Positions 26,663 through 32,000 of a stretch of 32,000 nucleotides of DNA are shown here, one piece after another. A program made the position numbers and the translations under genes. Positions within the stretch are counted from its first letter, which is position 1. Each line of letters begins with the position of its first letter. This DNA is from Acinetobacter wanghuae (lineage in GTDB: Bacteria > Pseudomonadota > Gammaproteobacteria > Pseudomonadales > Moraxellaceae). The stretch covers positions 30,001 to 62,000 of the forward strand of contig NZ_CP045650.1 in the NCBI RefSeq assembly GCF_009557235.1, given 5' to 3'. The notes under the pieces are model-generated. The model was not told the DNA's origin, did no database searches, and was given only the letters and a program-made list of their open reading frames with translations.

Positions 26663-26840
26663 GAGTATTTCCGTATCTTTTTTAGCCGTATAAATTGCGC
26701 GCTATATTAGCATTGTTACAGAAAAATGAGCGATTTTTCATACAGCTTGCTCAGTTGAATTGAGATTCAGGCTTGAAAGTTTTAGCATGGGGCTGCTGCA
26801 GTTGAAATCTGCGGTTATTTTTTAAAACTAGGATGAATGT

Positions 26841-27413
26841 ATGCAACAGCGAAAAGCTTTTCAGGTTAAGGATGGGGTACTGATTGGGGCAAAGCAAATT
26901 CCATCTCCGAACTTTAATCAGCGACCTGAACATACTGAGATCCAGCTGATTGTCATCCACAATATTAGTTTGCCACCGTCTCAATTTGGGGGTGGTTATA
27001 TCGAACAGTTTTTCCAAAATCAGCTGGATTGGTCAGCACATCCTTATTTTCAAACCATTGAAGGAATGCAAGTTTCTGCACATTTACTGATTTTACGTTC
27101 AGGTAAAGTGCTGCAATTTGTCAATTTTAATGACAGAGCATGGCATGCGGGGCGCTCAAGTTATTTGGGTAAAAAAGAATGTAATGATTATTCAATCGGG
27201 ATTGAGCTTGAAGGCAGCGATGATTTAGCTTTTGAAGCTACCCAATACGAAGCTTTGGTTCAAGTCACGGCTTGTCTACAGCATCATTACGATAAAATTC
27301 AGCAACATATTGCAGGGCATTCCGATATTGCACCGGGACGTAAAACCGATCCGGGTCCATTTTTTAATTGGACTGAATTCCGTACAGCACTACAGCATTA
27401 TAAAAATACATAA
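26841..27413 (+). CDS. ampD: 1,6-anhydro-N-acetylmuramyl-L-alanine amidase AmpD
   Basis: Amidase_2 motifs VIHNISLP, AWHAGRS, IGIELEG and GHSDIAPGRKTDPG. Divergent from nadC, as in many gammaproteobacteria. Confidence 0.92.
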   Translation: MQQRKAFQVKDGVLIGAKQIPSPNFNQRPEHTEIQLIVIHNISLPPSQFGGGYIEQFFQNQLDWSAHPYFQTIEGMQVSAHLLILRSGKVLQFVNFNDRAWHAGRSSYLGKKECNDYSIGIELEGSDDLAFEATQYEALVQVTACLQHHYDKIQQHIAGHSDIAPGRKTDPGPFFNWTEFRTALQHYKNT

Positions 27414-27499
27414 ACATCGAATCTGAGATGTAATAAAGCAATCAACTTTAGCTCGCAGTTTCATTACAATAGGCTCAAATTAATCATTAGGTGAATAGG

Positions 27500-29041
27500 A
27501 TGGCGCTTTGGCGTTCGACCGTCATAGTCAGTGCGATGACCATGTTGTCACGGGTACTGGGATTGGTCCGCGATGTGGTATTACTGAATGTGTTTGGTGC
27601 AGGGAAAGATTTCGATACGTTCGTCGTTGCTTTTCGTATTCCCAATTTCTTTCGGCGCTTATTTGCCGAAGGGGCATTTTCTCAGGCTTTTATTCCAGTT
27701 TTAACCGAATATAAAACTACGCGAACCCATGCCGAAGTTCAGATTCTGATTAGTCGAGTCTTTGGTTGCTTAGCGACGTTTATGACCACGCTGACCGTGA
27801 TTGCGATGGTAGCAGCCCCTGCAATTTTGTATATCTATGCACCGGGTTTTCATAATGATCCTGAGAAATTTGCTTTAGCGACCGATCTATTTCGTCTGAC
27901 CATTCCATACTTATTGTTTATGTCGCTTACGGCATTTGCGAGTAGTATTTTGAACAGTTACGGTTCATTTAGTACGCCTGCTTTTGCACCTGTTCTTTTA
28001 AATATTGCCATGATTGCAGGTGCTTGGTGGCTGACACCGTATATGGCTGAGCCAATTATGGCGCTCGGCTGGGCAGTGGTCATAGCCGGTCTATTACAAC
28101 TGGTGATTCAGATTCCTGAATTGTGGCGCAAGAAACTACTGATTCCACCAAAAGTCGATTTTAAACATGAAGGTGTGGATCGAATTATGAAATTGATGTT
28201 GCCTGCACTGTTTGGTGTATCGGTGACACAAATTAATTTATTGCTCAACACCATTTGGGCGTCGTTCATGCAAGATGGTTCAGTGTCATGGTTATATAGT
28301 GCTGAACGCATGACGGAATTACCATTAGGCTTAATTGGTGTCGCAATTGGTACCGTCATTTTACCATCATTGTCTGCGCGGCATGCCGAACAAGATCAGT
28401 CTAAGTTCCGCGGTATGATCGACTGGGCTGCTAAAATTATTATGATGGTGGGTATACCGGCAAGTATTGCATTGTTTATGCTTTCGACTCCTATTATTCA
28501 AGCCTTGTTCCAACGCGGTCAATTTGATTTAGAAGATACGCAAATGACGGCTTTGGCACTGCAATGTATGAGTGCGGGTGTTATTTCCTTTATGTTAATT
28601 AAAGTGTTTGCACCAGGCTTTTATGCGCAGCAAGACACCAAAACACCGGTTCGTGTTGGTTTAATGGCGGTCGCAGCGAATGCGATTTTAAACGTCATCT
28701 TTATTGGTTTCTTTAAGCTGATTGATTGGGAAGCTGAACATATGGCACTGGCTTTAGCCTCTTCAGGTTCGGCTTTGGTCAATGCGGGGATGCTGTATTT
28801 CTATTTGCATAAACGTAATATTTTCCGTTTTGGTGCGCACTGGAAGAAGCTTGCACTTCAATTTGCCTTTGCCAATGCGGTCATGATTGCCGCGCTATAT
28901 GCAGGTTTACAATGGTATAACGGTGAGGTATCGCAGTGGATTCGTATTGCTGAAGTGGCAGGACTCTGTGTTGTCGGCGTCGCTGCATATTTAGTTGCTT
29001 TGGTTATTGCGGGCTTAAGACCGCGTCATTTAAAACCTTAA
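27500..29041 (+). CDS. murJ: lipid II flippase MurJ (MviN)
   Basis: An N-terminus starting at ATG 27500 (MALWRSTVIVSAMTMLSRVLG...FRIPNFFRRLFAEGAFSQAFIPVL) aligns residue for residue with E. coli MurJ. AGGTGA SD lies 5 nt upstream; the GTG at 27491 is rejected. Confidence 0.93.
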   Translation: MALWRSTVIVSAMTMLSRVLGLVRDVVLLNVFGAGKDFDTFVVAFRIPNFFRRLFAEGAFSQAFIPVLTEYKTTRTHAEVQILISRVFGCLATFMTTLTVIAMVAAPAILYIYAPGFHNDPEKFALATDLFRLTIPYLLFMSLTAFASSILNSYGSFSTPAFAPVLLNIAMIAGAWWLTPYMAEPIMALGWAVVIAGLLQLVIQIPELWRKKLLIPPKVDFKHEGVDRIMKLMLPALFGVSVTQINLLLNTIWASFMQDGSVSWLYSAERMTELPLGLIGVAIGTVILPSLSARHAEQDQSKFRGMIDWAAKIIMMVGIPASIALFMLSTPIIQALFQRGQFDLEDTQMTALALQCMSAGVISFMLIKVFAPGFYAQQDTKTPVRVGLMAVAANAILNVIFIGFFKLIDWEAEHMALALASSGSALVNAGMLYFYLHKRNIFRFGAHWKKLALQFAFANAVMIAALYAGLQWYNGEVSQWIRIAEVAGLCVVGVAAYLVALVIAGLRPRHLKP

Positions 29042-29050
29042 CATCCACAT

Positions 29051-29083
29051 AAAAAATAAGCGCCTTTAAGGCGCTTATTTTTT
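29051..29083. terminator. bidirectional terminator between murJ and the convergent small membrane-protein gene
   Basis: aataagcgcc-tttaa-ggcgcttatt hairpin flanked by A6 and T6. Confidence 0.9.
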
Positions 29084-29111
29084 AAATTTAGATTCTCATC
29101 ATGGAGAATGA

Positions 29112-29270
29112 CTAAACTTTACCGCGTGATAAGAAACCAACAATCGCAAGAATAACTGCAATCACCAGTAAAATAACGGCGAAGTCTTTTGATAAGCCTG
29201 CAACGCCACCAAAACCTAACAAACTGGCAATGAGTGCGATAACTGCAAAGATAATAGCCCAACGAAACAT
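29112..29270 (-). CDS. DUF1328 / UPF0391-family small membrane protein (YtjA-like), 52 aa
   Basis: [52 protein letters not shown] has the family hallmark LGFGG(V/I)AG between two TM helices. GGAG RBS. Below the ORF-track cutoff. Confidence 0.8.
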   Translation of the reverse strand: MFRWAIIFAVIALIASLLGFGGVAGLSKDFAVILLVIAVILAIVGFLSRGKV

Positions 29271-29460
29271 TTTTAATCTCCATGTGTTTTTATTTTCAGT
29301 GCTCAGTATATAAATGACTTGAATATTAAGCTGTTATTCTTTTGTTGATCTTCTGTCTATTAGTTAACAATAACTTATCGCAAAGTTATATAAAAAAGCA
29401 CAATGAAGCAGGCAATTGAAGGCTGCTATAATGGCATATTCTCGCTAATTTACTGTTGAT

Positions 29461-29913
29461 ATGACTGACACCTTGCGCCACGAATTTTGGAAACATTATG
29501 CATTGGATGAGTTAACCCAAAATGAATGGGAAGCCTTATGTGATGGTTGTGGTCTATGCTGTTTAATTAAATTAGAAGATGAAGAGACCCGAGAAGTTGC
29601 CTATACCAAGGTGGCATGCAAGTTATTAGATTGTTCGACTGCACGATGTTCGGATTATCCAAACCGATTAAACTTTGTGCCTGACTGTATTCAGTTGAGT
29701 CAGAGTAAATTAGATGAATTGCATTGGCTACCGCCAAGTTGTGCCTATAAAAGGCTCAATGAAGGGAAAAGTCTACCTAGATGGCATTATTTAAATACAG
29801 GCACACGCGATACAGTACAAAAAGCCAAAAAATCTGCGGCAGGGCGTTGTATCAGTGAAACCGAAATTAATCAGGACAATATTGAAGATTATATCGTCCG
29901 TTGGATACGTTAA
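29461..29913 (+). CDS. ycgN: YcgN-family (UPF0260, Cys-cluster) protein
   Basis: CDGCGLCCLIKLEDEET...VACKLLD..T.RCSDY and the overall length match YcgN. A possible extended -10 (TGCTATAAT) lies at 29424-29432. Confidence 0.85.
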   Translation: MTDTLRHEFWKHYALDELTQNEWEALCDGCGLCCLIKLEDEETREVAYTKVACKLLDCSTARCSDYPNRLNFVPDCIQLSQSKLDELHWLPPSCAYKRLNEGKSLPRWHYLNTGTRDTVQKAKKSAAGRCISETEINQDNIEDYIVRWIR

Positions 29914-29932
29914 TTTTGAAGATGCTTCACGT

Positions 29933-31963
29933 TTAGCACGGCAAGGTATTTAACAATTGTTGTGCTGAATGACTGGCCATCGGGCGATAGAAATAGAAGC
30001 CTTGACCGATCTTACAATCACAATTGATTAATGTTTTGAGTTGGTCCGTATTTTCAATACCTTCGACTAAAACATCGAGTGAAATACTAGAACCAATCTG
30101 CGTGATCGCTTTCACAATGGCTAAGGCAGATGGGTCTGTATTCAGACGCTCTACGAAATTACGATCAATTTTAATACAATCGACAGGATATTCTTGCAGA
30201 CGCGTTAATGACGAATGACCTGTGCCAAAGTCATCGAGTGAAATATGAATCCCTGCATCTTTGAGTAAATTCAGTGCGCGTACGACATAATTAGCACCGC
30301 GTTCAGACAAGCTTTGTTCAGTAATCTCAAGTTCGACTTTATTGGCAGGAATATCAAAACGAGCCAAGCGTTCTAACAGCTTTTCCGCATAATCATCACG
30401 TAAAAATTCAACTGGTGCCGCATTAATGGAAATCGGCATAATGTCTAAGCCTTGAGCCTGCCAACGGGTCATATCTTCAAAGACTTTAAGCTGCATGGTT
30501 TCACTAATACGTGAAGCAAGTTCGTAGTCTTGAAAGGCACAGAAAATATGTGAAGGCAGTTGAATTTGATAATGATGATCTTGCCAACGTAGTAAGGCTT
30601 CAAAACCAATCACTGCACCGTCAGATAGGCGCACTTTCGGTTGATAGTACGGCAAAATTTGCCCCGCTTTAATGATTTTACGCGCTAAGGTCAGTTGCTT
30701 GGTCATATCATCAAGGGTTTTAAACATGTCCTGATTGAACATGCGAATGCCACCACGACCGCTATTTTTCAAATCATTTAGGGCAATATCGGCACATTTT
30801 AGTAAATTTGAGCTACTCAGTCCGTCGCGCGGATAGATAGCACAGCCAATACTCATACCGCCATTGATGGTTTTACCCGTGTAGTTAATCGGGGTATCCA
30901 TTTGTTCACAGGCACGTCGTGCGACTTCAAACAACTGTGCTTCATTTTCTAGATTCTTCACTAGAATCACGAATTCATCGCCACCTAGACGGGCAACAAT
31001 GGTATTTTTGCCAAACACCTGTTGAAAACGTTCACCTAAAACATGCAATAAATGATCACCAGCAATATGCCCCATGGTGTCATTAATATGCTTAAAATAA
31101 TCTAAATCAATCAGCAGTAATCCGACTTCAGTCTGTTGTTGTTTGGCTTTGAATAACGCGCGTTTGAACAGTTTATAAAAGGTACGACGATTATACAGAC
31201 CCGTGAGTTCATCCTGTTCAGTAACAATTTTTAAACGGGTTTCTGCGAGTTTTTGTTGGCTGACATTACGTGATACACAAAGAATATTTTGAGTGACGTT
31301 ATTCTCATCTAGGATTGGGGTCAGCAAGTTATCCCAATATTGGATCGGCTGATTATCGAGTTTACTTTTACCGCCAAACCGTGCATTTAACCCTTGAGCT
31401 GCGCGTTTTAAGGCACGTTGTCCTGATTTTCGAACTTCAGGCGGAAGTAACTTCAACCAAGGCATGCCAAAACCAGTTTCTGAATCGACGCCTAAGGCTT
31501 CACAACCTGAGCGATTCATATGGCTCAGTTCCCCTGTAGGTGTCACAATTTTGATGCAATCGACACTGGCATCGAGCATATTTTTTTGTGTAGACACGAC
31601 ATGGGAAAGCTGTTGTTGAATTTCAAAATAGTCATGCACGTCGGTTAAAGAGACCGCCCATTGCAAAATCGCATCCGCTTCATTGTGAAACTTCATAGAC
31701 AGTAAACACATCCGATAATCATCGTTGGGTTGCTTAATGCGACACTGAATTTCGACATTTTGATAGAGTTCAAGCGCATCGTGCCATTGCATTAAAAACA
31801 GTTGCAAATCATCAGGATGAATAAAGCTTTGCCAACTACGACTGTCATTTTCATTCAGGTTGACCCCGAGATAATCAGTCATCGCACGGTTGAAATATTC
31901 AACATTGTTTTGTGTGTTTACCCACATCGCATGCGGCAAACTATCAATAAGATTCTGAATCAA
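29933..31963 (-). CDS. PAS-GGDEF-EAL signalling protein (diguanylate cyclase / c-di-GMP phosphodiesterase)
   Basis: N-terminal PAS-like repeats, GGDEF domain (RLGGDEFVILV), and EAL domain (GFEALLRW, DDFGTGHSSL, QGFYFYRP). Confidence 0.9.
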   Translation of the reverse strand: MIQNLIDSLPHAMWVNTQNNVEYFNRAMTDYLGVNLNENDSRSWQSFIHPDDLQLFLMQWHDALELYQNVEIQCRIKQPNDDYRMCLLSMKFHNEADAILQWAVSLTDVHDYFEIQQQLSHVVSTQKNMLDASVDCIKIVTPTGELSHMNRSGCEALGVDSETGFGMPWLKLLPPEVRKSGQRALKRAAQGLNARFGGKSKLDNQPIQYWDNLLTPILDENNVTQNILCVSRNVSQQKLAETRLKIVTEQDELTGLYNRRTFYKLFKRALFKAKQQQTEVGLLLIDLDYFKHINDTMGHIAGDHLLHVLGERFQQVFGKNTIVARLGGDEFVILVKNLENEAQLFEVARRACEQMDTPINYTGKTINGGMSIGCAIYPRDGLSSSNLLKCADIALNDLKNSGRGGIRMFNQDMFKTLDDMTKQLTLARKIIKAGQILPYYQPKVRLSDGAVIGFEALLRWQDHHYQIQLPSHIFCAFQDYELASRISETMQLKVFEDMTRWQAQGLDIMPISINAAPVEFLRDDYAEKLLERLARFDIPANKVELEITEQSLSERGANYVVRALNLLKDAGIHISLDDFGTGHSSLTRLQEYPVDCIKIDRNFVERLNTDPSALAIVKAITQIGSSISLDVLVEGIENTDQLKTLINCDCKIGQGFYFYRPMASHSAQQLLNTLPC

Positions 31964-32000
31964 TTGGTACTCTGAAATAGGTATAGCGTGTGAAACATTG

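Noticed and set aside
26751-27017. 88-aa minus-strand ORF overlapping the ampD start
   Set aside because: It overlaps the well-supported ampD CDS and the nadC/ampD divergent promoter. It has no RBS and no recognisable domain.
1-32000. Mobile elements, defence islands, toxin-antitoxin pairs, prophage remnants, rRNA/tRNA genes
   Set aside because: I found no transposase, integrase or recombinase ORFs, no long terminal or direct repeats, no tRNA-like GC-rich cloverleaf segments in the intergenic regions, and no characteristic small gene pairs. Gene content is core metabolic and envelope functions throughout.

Overview
This looks like a chromosomal, mostly housekeeping window from an AT-rich gammaproteobacterium. 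Gene content and order suggest an Acinetobacter-type genome, but that is an inference, not a search result. The blocks that suggest it are ribF-ileS-lspA-fkpB, a two-ssuA + ssuDCB sulfonate operon, argA, ubiG-HAD phosphatase-SDR, dsbA, rph and nadC/ampD/murJ. I support about 34 protein-coding genes. Two of them are shorter than the ORF-track cutoff: a 52-aa DUF1328-type membrane protein and a 51-aa unknown. I also call about 14 rho-independent terminators, and several gene starts are moved to internal ATGs that have Shine-Dalgarno sequences. I found no rRNA, tRNA, CRISPR array, transposase, integrase or phage genes. The main finding is in the 620-bp ORF-free spacer at 2552-3174. Read on the minus strand, it holds two tandem units of about 125-140 nt. 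Each unit has four hairpins that display ACAGGAUGU or ACAGGAGU, the CsrA/RsmA binding consensus with GGA at the hairpin tip. Each unit ends in a GGA-hairpin terminator. Each is preceded, at identical 44-nt spacing, by a TATATT -10 box and a GacA/UvrY-type palindrome (TGTAAG-N6-CCTACA). I read this as a pair of unannotated Csr/Rsm-type protein-sponge sRNA genes under two-component control. Secondary observations are: a GGDEF gene whose membrane domain is split over two frames; two tandem His-rich RcnB-family periplasmic paralogues with no efflux partner; a tiny Asp/Arg-rich lipoprotein with two GGA motifs in its leader; an ssu operon with two binding proteins and no ssuE; and AT-rich palindromes upstream of a TDT-family transporter.
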